From: Marsupella aquatica
Lineage: Eukaryota > Plantae > Marchantiophyta
DNA: 64,000 bases
Reading direction: 5' to 3'
NCBI GenBank assembly: GCA_973895155.1
Contig: OZ316893.1
Coordinates: 3,080,390-3,144,389 of the forward strand
Each line of letters starts with the position of its first letter. Within the stretch, counting starts at the first letter, position 1. The translations under genes were made by a program, and so were the position numbers. The notes beneath the pieces were generated by a model, which saw nothing but the letters and a program-made list of their open reading frames with translations, did no database searches and was not told the origin of the DNA. Shown here one piece after another: positions 38,838 to 50,868 of the stretch.

Positions 38838-39359
38838 CCCTAGGCCCTTAGTCTTACTAATACAGGGCGGACGTGCGAACGATGCAAGGGTATTTTTAAT
38901 ACATTGCAAAGTAATTTTTATAATAATTTTTAAAGTAGGCAACATCCCCATATATCCTATTGGAACATGTGTTCCTTGGAATGGGAACATTTTTATAAAT
39001 TTTGGTTCCCCCGCAAAAAGCCCCACAGGGAGGGCAAACAAACAGACCACCAGGCCAGACCAGGCAGCATAAAATAGAGCCAAACACTCAACGCACAGAC
39101 ACTCAGCCAACGCAAATCTAACATCCCCCCAGTCCCCAAAATAGTGAGAAAGGGAAGATCAATCACCAACAAGAGCCAATGCTCCAACATAAGAGGGCAA
39201 CACTCAATCAGAGCAGCCCGGAATCAGTGGTCTTAGGGGTACAAAGCACCATCCACATCAAACAATATCAAGCAAAAGAAGTGATAGCAATGCTACCACT
39301 GCCTAGCCATCCCCTACGCAGGTCATCAATCCATGATTTGGCCCAAATCAGGCGGGTGT

Positions 39360-42300
39360 TGTGATGCCGCCGGTACGGTGGGTAATGAGTGATTTGGTCT
39401 AACCGCGCTTAGCACGTGCGTAAGGGGTATCTTAGGTCGTTATTATTAGCATAACGACAATATTTAGGTAGCCATTATGAGTAGGAAATCATTAGTCAAT
39501 AAGGGGAATTCATGTTTGGGCTGGCGGCGGGTCGTCATTCGCACGCCCGGGTTGCAAGCGTGTAATGGGCCCTCTTTCCCCCTCCCTCGGGTCGGTATAA
39601 CAAACTCCGGGAGGTGGCCACTGACACGAGCTGACCCGGATCGGCAAAGTGGCCGGTACACTGCGAGCGTGAAAGGCTCGGCCTATAAGCAACAAGGAGG
39701 CGTCGGGCGATCGACGAGCTCTCAGGGTATAAAAGGGGGCCGATCCTTTGCAGTGCACCAGTTCTTCAGTCCACGCACCAGCTTTGACCCTAGCTCTCTT
39801 GCTTATCCTTAGTCACCTGCTATCTCCTCTAAATGTCGCACACGATCCTTTCCAGTTCGGCCATACAATTTTGGACACAGTTCCTATCTATCGGAGGGCA
39901 CTTGGCCGACTCATTGAAACACGCCAACCCGCGCCAATACGAGATCGAACGCAAATACGAGAGAGCCATCCGCCTAGCAGGCCGCCACCACTATCTCCTT
40001 AACTTTGAGTACCCATCCCAGAGCAAGTTTTACCGACCCGAAGAGGTATCAGGGTACTTCTTTGATGGGGGAAAATACATCGGCTTCTGGGAGACATTAC
40101 TTTGGCTTCCGAACGAGGTCTTCAATATCCCGGGCACAATCGACTTGCAGCGGCACCACTTCGACCACATCCCCGCTTGGGTCCGGGCTATCATCAACAG
40201 CGAGTTCAACACTACCCGGTCGACAGGGCCGTCTACACTTGCTTCGGAAAACCTCCACTGACACCTGCAAAACTTCATGGCAACTCTACCATCAACAACC
40301 AATGCCGGCCAACCCGTGCCCGTACCCGCATCTACACCTCCTCAGCCTCAGCCGAACCGGTCCCCGCCACCGGTCCCACCACCTCTCCGAGTACTATCCA
40401 TGGTGAATGCGGTGAATATTAGCTCCAAAGACGAGGAGGCTCACCCTCCTCTGAATCGACGGCCGCGGGGTATGACTCAACAAGCGCTGAACAACCCAGC
40501 ATCACTCCAGCAAGCCCAAGGGGATAACACGGTAACTCTAGCGGCCCCGGCACCAATACTCACTGCAGTCGCGCTACCACCACCTGACCAAGAGGAAGGA
40601 GAGATGTCCCCTTCTTCTAGTCACCCCGGGAATCAGTCTTGGGGTAGGAAGAGGGAGGAACCCACAGCCGTATCCGGGTTGTCATTGGCCACGGTTGCGG
40701 TAGCCAAATTGACCATGCATCGCATGGGGGACAATGTTCACAAGAACATCCTCCACCCCAAGCATGTATGCTATCTGAAGACCCAAGGGTTTGAGCACCT
40801 GAGCACCTCTCTCCCTTGGAACGGAAGCAGGTACTATGGGCAGGATATGACGGAGTTCATTCAGAACTTCGACGAGGCCCGTCAACAAACCTGAGCGCAC
40901 GGGAGAGTGATGTGTCTCAATGAGGCACGTCTGAAGATGATTTTCAGCTTACCGAGGGGATAAACCGAGTAGAGTCGTGGGCTCCTGAGGGCAAGGGAGC
41001 TAAATACCAGTCCTCTAGCTTCCCGGCCGAGGGGGTAGTGGACAATGGGTTCTTAATGAGGACGTGCCTCATCCCGGAGGTAGCAGAACGCCTGGAGTTC
41101 CAGCAGTATGCCCTCCACATGATGGAACCCAGAGGTGAAATATCGGCCGCCCAGGTCATCCAGGTGGAGAACTATCGGCCCAGGAAGTGGGCATCCTTCT
41201 TCGTCAAGAAGTGGACCCGCAACCCCTTGTTGCCACCCCGCCAAGCATACCCATAGACATTATCGCAACCTTAGACGCGATCAATCGGGACAATGCAATC
41301 AAAGCTGGGCTGGATGAAGCCATACCCGAAGCAGATGCCATGGTGGCCAAGGAGATTTCGCCACCCCCCGCGGTTGTGCAGGAGAACCGCTCACCTCCAA
41401 TGGAACCAGCCCCTTCGACCGACTTACCTCAAGGGCTGGATATGTCCACTCCTACTCCTGCACGGGTTGGAGTCTGCCCGTGCTCGAATCCAGATGGCCA
41501 CAGTCTAGACCATCCGGAACTCTTTGCGCCGGGCACATTTCTGAATGGGTTGTTGGGAGATTTCTCTCAACAAATCTCTTGAGACACCGGGGAATACATG
41601 GCCTAGAGGGTGGCCTACTTCTTCAACCAGGAGTTGGTTGCGGCTGTAAGGGCAGGACATGCGCAGGCAGGGACAGCGCAGACAATAGAGCAATATCGGG
41701 TTGAGTCTGCCTACCTGAAGGACAAAGTGGCAACCCTGGAGGCTGAACTCCAGCAACTACGGCCTCAGGTAATGGCCACGGAGGACCAGGTTGCCGAGGC
41801 TAGGGCCCGAGCAGCTTTAGAAGAACAGGCCGGGCTCGGAAAGGATGCCAAGATCGCACGGCTTCGAACCAAGATTGACGGTTTGAAGGGACAAGCCGTC
41901 AGTTGGCAAAAGGATCTGGAGGAAGCTGACTCTAGGTCTCAGCAAGACACAGCCAAGATTGACACCCTGAAGGTAGAGGTGGCGCGGCTTCAAGGAGAAG
42001 CCACGAAACAGGCCCAGTTGGTGGATAAGCTAACGAGTGACCCCCAGCAACTGGAGGAGGCATGCCAGGAGGCCGCAGAAGAGGCGGACGCGGCGAAGCG
42101 GGAGAACAAATCTCTGCTGGACCAGGTCCAGCTACTCAAGCAGGACGCCGACAGACTCAGAAGGCAGCGGGATAGCCGCTCCCACTCAGGCGGCTCTGGC
42201 AAGCGTGCCATGCATTAGTGGCGAAGTAGGATTAAAATAGAGTTAGGAATAGCTAAATCAGGCTATAGGGACAAGCACTTGCCCTAGTTAAAGCAGCACT

Positions 42301-42993
42301 GCCATGCTGTCTAGCCTGCATAGATTAGGATCTTCTAATAAGACAAGTCATTTTCCGGCCTGACAGCCAGCTTAGTTAGGACCTTAGTTAGCAAATCTTC
42401 GGGTGCGAGGGCACTCTGTTCCTCGACCCTTAGTATTTAGTGCACCCCTTGGTAGAGGCAAGGGGGGGTTTTAGTCTCAGTGTTGGACATCCGCGGTATG
42501 TGCGGGGAGTCCCGACCTCTGGGAGTGAAAGAGTACCAAGGGGAGGGCGTAGGACTAAGCTTGCTGGGCGAGTGCGGAGCCGGGCTCCATTGTAGTGTAC
42601 ACCCTCGGCCTTGGACCTGTTCATTCCAGAGCTTTTGGGTCAACTAAGTGTACGCATATGTCTCCTATGTAGTAAAATCCTTTCCCATTATTTCCTTCAT
42701 GTAAATCAAGATTGTATGCTTGTGTGTATGTATATGTGTGAATCTCGTGTATAGGTGCCAACGCTTAGAAGCCCGTAAGCCGGGGTCGATCTTGCTATCG
42801 ACTGAGGTACGTTCCGGCGGCGGAACACAAACCATACCTAGGAGGTGTCCGTATATGACAATAGGCGCACTTAGCGCTAGTTTACGTGAGTTAGGTGCAT
42901 TCCATGCCTCCCCCTGGCCAAACCCTCATTTTGACGAAGGATGTGCCTGTCTAAGCCAAAACCCGGGTTAAGGTCTAGGCTGACGACGTGATA
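39360..42993 (+). mobile_element. 3.6 kb insertion, probable solo LTR containing a degenerate ORF
   Basis: LINE sequence resumes exactly across it; termini TGTGA...GTGATA; flanks GGTGT/GGTGC; TATAAAAGGGGG near 39728; no internal direct repeats seen. Confidence 0.65.
39833..42218 (+). pseudogene. Interrupted ORF of unknown function with a Pro-rich middle and a C-terminal coiled coil
   Basis: Consecutive + strand ORFs 39833-40261, 40277-40894, 41187-41582 and 41610-42218; the last is rich in E/Q/K/A/L heptads. Confidence 0.55.
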
Positions 42994-43123
42994 GGTGCAC
43001 TTCCTGCCCGGGGGGCAGCACCGACTAACAGCAAAAGCGTTCTCCGTTGCCTCATTTAGAACAAGCCCCAAGTCAAACACACGTTGCCCCCCCCACCCCC
43101 GCATCTGAAACATGTGTGTGTTC

Positions 43124-43326
43124 CCCTGGGCCCTCACTCCGTGTAAAAGAAGTGGACCCCCCTGCGATCAGGCCCTTTTCTTGTTTACCCCTTGTTATTT
43201 CCATTTTACTATTAAAAGCTCCCTTATTACCGGTAATAATTATAATTATTAGTTCAAAATGAATAAAAATTACCCTTCGAGCGTTCGCACGTCCTCCACG
43301 TATTAGTTAAGACTGAGGGCCCAGGG
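43124..43326. mobile_element. 203-bp MITE of the CCCTGGGCCC family
   Basis: Perfect 13-bp TIR CCCTGGGCCCTCA; perfect 8-bp TSD GTGTGTTC at 43116-43123 and 43327-43334. Confidence 0.95.
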
Positions 43327-45890
43327 GTGTGTTCCTCCCCATCCAGAGTCGCCAAATAATTTGGTGCAAGACAAAGATCCAAGCCACTTGAACAGGCTCC
43401 TTCCGCAGGCCGCCTCTAAAAGAGCCATCAATCCTTGTCCAATTGGCTAACCCAGAATCCGCAACGAAGCCTGACATCCCCATATATACATTTGGCACAA
43501 TATTAATAATAAGGTTCTTATCAAATACGTGTCACAAGAATTTTACGCAAGGTTTATTACCCAAAATGCCTAGGACACACGTCACTCTATGGTTGGTCCA
43601 CATGTCATCACCTCATTAGTACACGTGTCCATGTACTAAATCAATCATTTAATTATGTGCTATCATAAGGCAAGTTTGGTTTAGGGTTTGTGATCCATAA
43701 GTTGAGGCAAATGGTTTCGGGAGACGTGTTTGGGAATTGAGTAGATATTGGGCCAGGGTCTTTGGGACCAACTTGGTATCATTTCACATAGACGGATCAG
43801 ATTAATTCTTGCTTTAATCAGACGGCCAGGTATGAGGCCTAGTGCGGGGCCTGGTGTATATGCATGCGCCAGGGTTTGTGTGCTCTTGTGATCATGGGTG
43901 GGTGCCGGGGGGTACTAGGGGACTGGCCACACTGGGGTTCACTTGAGGGTTCACTCACCAGTAGGCTTACCAGGCAGCTCCCCTTGCCTTGTCCTCCTCG
44001 CCCGGCTCCTCGTGCCTCCCGTCACGCGAGGAGTTCCCGCTCTCTCTCGCTCCTGCTCCCACTCCCGCTTGCCAGTTTAGGTTGTGCAATTTCAGATCCG
44101 CCAAAGCTCTTGTATCTTCTTTGGGCTGCATGCGGGGTGCATCCTGTGTCTATCCTCTACTCAGTCTTACACAATCAACTTATTGCTTTTGACTCCCAGT
44201 GGACTCCTCGCTAGCTTGGTAAAGTAAGTGCATGCCACCCTCTTGCTAGTCTGCGTTACAATGTCTGCCCGTAATCTGATGTGACTCTGTTTTTGTGCGT
44301 TTTTGTGCGTCTGCCCATTTAATGTGGGTTTTTGTAGCTGACAATTTTGGTACATGTTCTCATGCAGGGTTTTGGCTTTGTTGGACTCGGTGAAAGCCAA
44401 AGAGCAGGAAGCAAATCCAGCAGAGGCCCAAGCTTCAAAGGTATTACTTTGCATCCCTTTTTGTCAATCTAACTGTGATGCCATATTAAAGCAATGGAAA
44501 GCTTCTGAACCAGGTTCTGATCATCAACTCGTTCATTGCAGATTGCAAACAATCCATTTTGCAATGAAGTAACTTGTCTTTGGAAAATGATCAAGTGATG
44601 TGAGGTGGCATCATGTACATTGGCAGGCAGCTTTGCAAATAAGCAGAGGTATAATAAGGATGTAACAATAGTTATAACTCCAATCTCATCCCCCGTCTCA
44701 TCCATGCTGTTGCAACTACTTTTGCGCAATCGGACTTCTGAGCTCTTGTCTTGTGTGCTTGCTAGAGTCAATACAGCGAGAACATTCAAGGTGGGGACCA
44801 GCGGAAGTAGGTGAAGGTCAAGGTCAAACTTGAGTACAAGGACAAGGGGGAGGAGGCCCGGGAGGAGGAAGAGGATTAGAGGACTTGCCTGCGTGCCTTC
44901 ATTTGTTTTCCTGGTGTTTTTTTTATAAGAAATTGGCTACGGAGCCTGCTGCTACTTTGCGCGAGGCAAAAGACTTATGGTGAAAAGAGAGCAAGATAGG
45001 GGGAACATAAGTGAGGGCAGAAGCAGCCATTGTGAGGTGAGAACACTGCGTAGTTGTGCTCTCCCCATCTGGTTCATGCATGAGGAAGGCGAGTCAAAAA
45101 GAATAGTGGATGTCCATTGTGTTGCGATCCTTTGCACACCTCCTGCACATAATTTTTTATTGAGTACCATTTGACTTGTTTGAAGAGTGTAAAATCCAGG
45201 ATTGGTGACAATCTCTGTGACACTCAAGGGAGAATTTTGGTGGGACTGGCGTCAGGGCTGCCGATGAATGATTCCCTCCTCTCAGGTGAGTTCATTTCTT
45301 TGCTGTATGCATCAGCGGTATCAATCCCATTGTCAGTCTTGGTATACTTAGGTCCCCTTTCACAACTCCTCCAGCTGAGTTACGACCTCTCCAATCGTTT
45401 GCCTTTTGTCCGGTGTCGTGAAGTTCGTGGGCGATGTCGGGAAAGCCCGGGCTTCTGTCTGTCGGAAGAACAATGCGCTACGACGTGCTAATAAAACACT
45501 ACGATCATTACCCGAAATCGTTCAATTGTCATGGGAACAACGAATGGAATCGGGGATGAAATGATCATGGTATATGCCGACTCCCCAAAGTTTCTGATGA
45601 TGAAGGCTCGAAACTCAGTTTTTTGGCGACATATCACCCGAACATTACAATCTATACTAAAATTAGGCCTAGGAACTCTATTGAGGTCCATCTTGTAATT
45701 CAGAATCACGGTACAAGCTTCTTGAACATAGGAAATTCACCTATGGTTGTCAATTTCCTTTGTACCATATCAAACAAGCCAAGTATTTACTATCCTATCA
45801 TCCCTCAAAGGTTCGAGTCAAAACTCTATCTCCATCAACAGGTACAAAGAAAAATGGTGGACCTATCTAGATTGCAGGCTACGAAGACCC

Positions 45891-47095
45891 TGTCACCGTC
45901 ACCATACTATATATCTCACTTAAAGATAGATATACCCTCAAAAAATTTTCCTGGGCATAACATAGCTTCTTATCTATTTCCAGGAAAAAAATTTAAATAT
46001 GCATCTTATTCTAGGAAAATATTATAAACAATATTCAAACTCAGAAAAATATGGTTCTATTTGAGCATAATCTAAACCTTCAAGTCATCATAATTTTCTA
46101 GTATTATACCAAAATCAAGTGATTCCAAAAGCAAACTTGGTGTGCTTATCAAGGTGATCAAAGTTAGAATACTATTTCCCTAAGAAAAATATATCATAAT
46201 GATTTCCTATATAGTACAACCTTTACTATTTAATAACTTTCTAACAATGTCACATCCCTAGCTTCCAAGCACATTCTATGAATTCTTATACTCCCCACGT
46301 TATTCTTGCACATAAGTTTGGAATAACAAAGAAACTCACCATGCCACCCCCAAGGGGCAGGCCTCTTATTTATAGTGCTTTGGAGGGGTAATGACTCACC
46401 CCTTTGGTACACATGGTCCAATAATATTTGAACATGTAAACAACAAGGTGTTTGGATGCTATTGGGCATGTTTCCATGCGTATCCTTCTTTCGACACCTA
46501 ATTGGCCATGTGTTTGATTCTAAATGGACATGCAACCATGCAAGGCCTTTTTACACATGTATGCCACGTATCCCTATATATTTTGCTATGTCACAAATCT
46601 AGTGGAAAAGTAAAGCCACCTAGTAGGCCTATACTCTAGTTTATGATAATTATTCATATAGCCCACAATACTTTATTTAGAAGTGCTTTGTCGTCACTCT
46701 AACCCATCATAGGATGCCTAAATTTTGTAACTAGGCATGATGAATCACCAAACTAGCTATTATGTTAAAATATAAAAACATATAACCCACTTATGTGTAT
46801 ATGTAAGCGTGGGTAAGAACAAAGGTTGAGCGGATTCTTCAACCTCTCGAAGGAATCGCACACCAAAGTGATGCACGATGAATTGCCAAAAATGAACTTT
46901 CTCCATAACCCGAAACTGAAATTCAACGTGATTTGGAAATCCAACTGGCGCCCCGTGCACTCCGTCCATTGTTGCTTTCTTGCCTTAGAGTTGTTGCCTC
47001 CTCTCGTTCCTCGTTTCTTTATGAATCGGCAACCCGCTACAAGCATAGGTACCCGACTTATGGTCTTATTTGTCATCTTAAGTCGAGATGTTACA
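45891..47095 (-). mobile_element. Probable solo LTR (1.2 kb)
   Basis: TGTCAC...GTTACA termini; flanks GACCC/AACCC match 4/5; minus-strand TATAAATA near 46370. Confidence 0.5.
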
Positions 47096-49211
47096 AACCC
47101 AAAATATACCCGTGTAACTTAGGTGTACTATTTGCACCAAAGTTACCACGACACCGGGTTGTCTCGGCAGCACACCAGTGCTAATCACGTGATGTTGTCC
47201 ATTGCTCAGTGGGAATACAACCCTCTGTCAATCCGGAGATAAACCCTCCTTCTCCCATGTAGTCCTTTGTGCAAGCTGCCACCTTAGTTCGTGTTATCGT
47301 GTCAGTTGGAGTTCTCCACAAAATTGACTCAATCTTGGGTTCTCCTTGAATACTGAGAATAATGTCGGTCATGTTCCGGATTTGTATCTTTGCCATAGCT
47401 CTTGTAGCCGTGACCCCAACGCGGGTCTCAGCAATTGGCAATGCAGGGAGCAAACGCAAATTGAAGGCCACTGGCTTGAATCTCGAGAGCGGTCACATTT
47501 TCAATTATGCAGCCTCGTCTGTCCGCCTACTGGTTGCCAGCTTTGCCTTTGAGGTGGCTTCTTGCTTAGATTCAAAGGGTCACCTTCACAACTAGACTGA
47601 CCTCTGACGCCTTGGAGATTTCTATTCACACACCAAGATGCAATCAAGATCATGGCTTCTTGCGGAATCGGCTAGTGAGGACCTTTCTGAATGTTTTTGA
47701 TAGCCCGTTTGAAAGGCAGCAAATTCTCTTGTGATCTGACACTCATCTTGTGACGTGCAGACTGAACTAAGACTAGGGAGCCTTTTGAACTTAGGTCATG
47801 ACAAGATTGAAATAGCATTCTGGGACCGCCTTCCTTAGACAAAGTTCCCCATTCATCCAAACTTGTCGTCGCTTGTTGATTGGGTGGATTGTCCATTCGT
47901 GCATTACTGGGGCTCAATGTTGTAGTCAATTTTGTAGTTGAGGGTAATTTAGAAGAGATCCACCCTTGAAAGTTGTTTGTCGTTGGCCCCGCCATTGGCA
48001 TTAGCTTAGGCGTCAAGTCAGCAGCGGGTGGAGGTAGCCACAAAAATCCTAGCTGGCCATGACGCGGATCTTCTCTTCTCTACTGCAAATCGGGGAGAGA
48101 GCTAGGTGATATTGGAAAGTGTCATAGCCCATTGATGGCCCTGCAGCCGCGGCAGCTGGTGCTGATCTAAGATTAACGCCCGTAATTGGTGTCAATAGCG
48201 AGATACTTGCTCCGTTGTAAATTTCCAGACCTTGCAGGCAAGCACTGCCGACGGGACTGCCGAAGTGGTCACCTCTAGAATCAGGAAACTTGCCAGCTTG
48301 AAAGCCTTCTTGATCTCTGCGCGGCTCAAATGCTTTATCTATGCTCACCACATGTCCTTTGTTCTCACATTCCGCAGTCCCTGTGCAATTGAGAGGGGCC
48401 AATGAGCTCCTGCCTTGCTGTGCCTCTTTGGACAAGCGTCCGACCAATACACAAATCAGATTGTTCCACAGCTTTGGTCCCGAGTCCCATATCTCAGTCT
48501 AGTGTTGATCCTGAGTAGTATTTAAAGTATCTTCTCCATATATAGTATGTGGCATGGATACAGCAGTACAATCATGTGTAGTTTGGTCAGACTTGCAAGA
48601 AGTATTTCTGGTCCAACAGCTCCGCGTCAATGCATGGATATGACTGTTTTGATTGCGCTGTTTCTTGTCATGCTTACTGTTTGTGTTGAACTCCTCCTAG
48701 GTCCCCCTAAAGCAATTAATAGTGAAATAGAGAGGTTGGATGGTCTAGTCAAGTGAGCACATTGATTTATTTGATCATTCATTGTTCTTTGTCAGGAGCA
48801 AGTTTGTGGTGGGCTAGACGCAAGGTGGATCTAGCTGCCTTTGAAGCAATCTTTGCAAATTATACATAGGTGTCAGTCAAAGTAAGTACTGTCTAAAACC
48901 ATTCTACGTAGATCCCACAAAATGGAAGCAATTGACTCAAACCCAAACCACTCCGACCTTTGGGTCTACATAGAAAGCCAAGTCAACAATGAGTTTGAAA
49001 CTAAGAGTATGACGGCTCATGGTCTAATTAGACGGCTGGACTGAGCTAAGACTCAAACTCAGACCCAGACCACTCCTTCCGGTCTAGATTGACTCTTGGG
49101 CTAAAATGAGCCAACAAAAGAAGTCTTGATTTGAGAGTGCATGAAGCTAAGTCAAACAACAGCCTCTAAATCTGAGAGGACAAATGGTCTTAATAAGACG
49201 GCTTGACTTCA

Positions 49212-49543
49212 CCCTATTCATTAAAAGTGTAATTAATTTTGTTCACTTTTAGGTCTCTAAATATTCACTTTTTGGTCTCTAAATGTACACTTCTTAAACC
49301 CAAAAGGTACACTATGGTACAATACTCTACACCTAAATGATCAATTGTAAACTTGAGGTGACAAAAATGATCTTGACTAGAAGGAGTCTCATAGTTCATT
49401 TACAAAGGATGAACATGGTGGTATGTCTGATGGCCATCAACTTTATTTCTTGCCCAATTGTACACTTTTTGAGGGCCAAATGTACACTTTCTATTGCCCA
49501 AATGTTCATAAATTGAATAATAATTCACTTTTAATGAATAGAG
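49212..49543. mobile_element. Small inverted-repeat element (MITE-like)
   Basis: CCCTATTCATTAAAAGTG ... CACTTTTAATGAATAGAG; internal tacactt/ttcactt repeats; no clear TSD. Confidence 0.55.
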
Positions 49544-49799
49544 GAACCAAAAACCAACAAGTTTGAGAGACTCAAGAGTGGTGAAAGAATTCAGAGTGTA
49601 TTGTGGCTCTGAGCTCTCTTGTTTATATAGGTGAGTGGAGAATCACTGGTACTTCTTGCTGTCTTTGCTACTTTCATTTGATCTGTGCATTCCAATTTTT
49701 TGTCGCTCTTGTATGGATTTAACAAACAGGGCTCTATGTGCTTTGCTCAGGTAAGCATTTCTTTTCAGGTTCTGTGAGTTAGGCTTTGTCTTTTTGCTA

Positions 49800-50041
49800 T
49801 AGATATAGAATTGTTTGCAGGTTCCATCAAATCCAAGGGGACCACTGGGGAAGTAGTGCCCTCAGTGGAGATTGCTAGGTTTTATCCCTGCAGTGGCAAT
49901 CTAGCGCTCCTTGGAGGCAAGTTGTAGATCTAGGATTGTTTGCAAGGCCCATCAAATCCAAGGAGACCATTGGGGAAGTAATGCCCTCAATGGAGACTAC
50001 CAGATTTCATCCCTAGCAATCTAGCGCTCCTTGGAGGCAAA
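49800..50041 (+). repeat. ~120-bp tandem duplication
   Basis: ccatcaaatccaagg..accactggggaagta...gcaatctagcgctccttggaggcaa occurs twice. Confidence 0.8.
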
Positions 50042-50868
50042 GCAGGTGCAGGTAGCCTGGAAGTGGGGGGAAAGACTACTTAGAGCCTAGCCATAGGGTA
50101 TGGGTTGTCCAAGGGATGTCACTATTCAAGCAAGGTCCAGCCTCTCTGAGCAAGTCTGTGAGTAAATAAATTCCAAATAACCCATTGCACATGTTGAGGA
50201 GAGAGATTGGAGTGATGGGCCTAGCCTCGACTGCCCATGGACCAAGCACAAACTGGGACAAGCTCAATTGGGACAAGCTAATCTAGGACAAGCCATTTTG
50301 GGACAAACTGAAGCGGCCATGTGTAGATCCCACTCTCTCTTGTGCTTACGCTCAAACCAGAGTCCTTGCATGCAAAGGGTATGTCCCTTCCCACCCAAAA
50401 GGAGAAAGCTGCAATGGACCTTTTACAAGCCAATCACCATGAGAAATGGCCAGGATGGGGCAAGCCTCTTGTGGAATTGGTCTGGTGGATGCGGTCTTGA
50501 CAGATGGGCTTCCTTAGGTTACTTGTAGGGCACCAAATCTTCATAAATCCCTATGTTGTTGTCATTGGATGAGTTTGTGAGTTTACAAAGTAACAGATAA
50601 CTGTCTGTGTTGCTCTGATTGAGTCCATTTTGATTCTGGTGTTTCTCTCTTGTGTTGTGCTCTGTTTGCATGCCTATGCCCTTGGCATATGTCATTTGGA
50701 TAGGGAATTAAACGTGGGACATAGAGGATGTCGCCTGCCACTATATTTCAAGCAGACTCATAGCCAGGGGAACATAAACCCTTGACATCATATAGCTACA
50801 AGATAGGTGAAACCTTTTATGATGCTAGAAAGAACTTGGAGTGAGGTTTTGACTTTGAGTTCCATTTC

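Larger units (their letters stand above)
38956..43473 (-). mobile_element. 5'-truncated copy (~0.6 kb own sequence) of the same LINE family, holding two nested insertions
   Basis: Reverse-complement match to about 34285-34890; 14-bp TSD ACATCCCCATATAT at 38942-38955 and 43474-43487. Confidence 0.9.

Noticed and set aside
45100-48480. Possible decayed LINE ORF1 around the 1.2 kb LTR
   Set aside because: Motifs are too eroded to assign by eye
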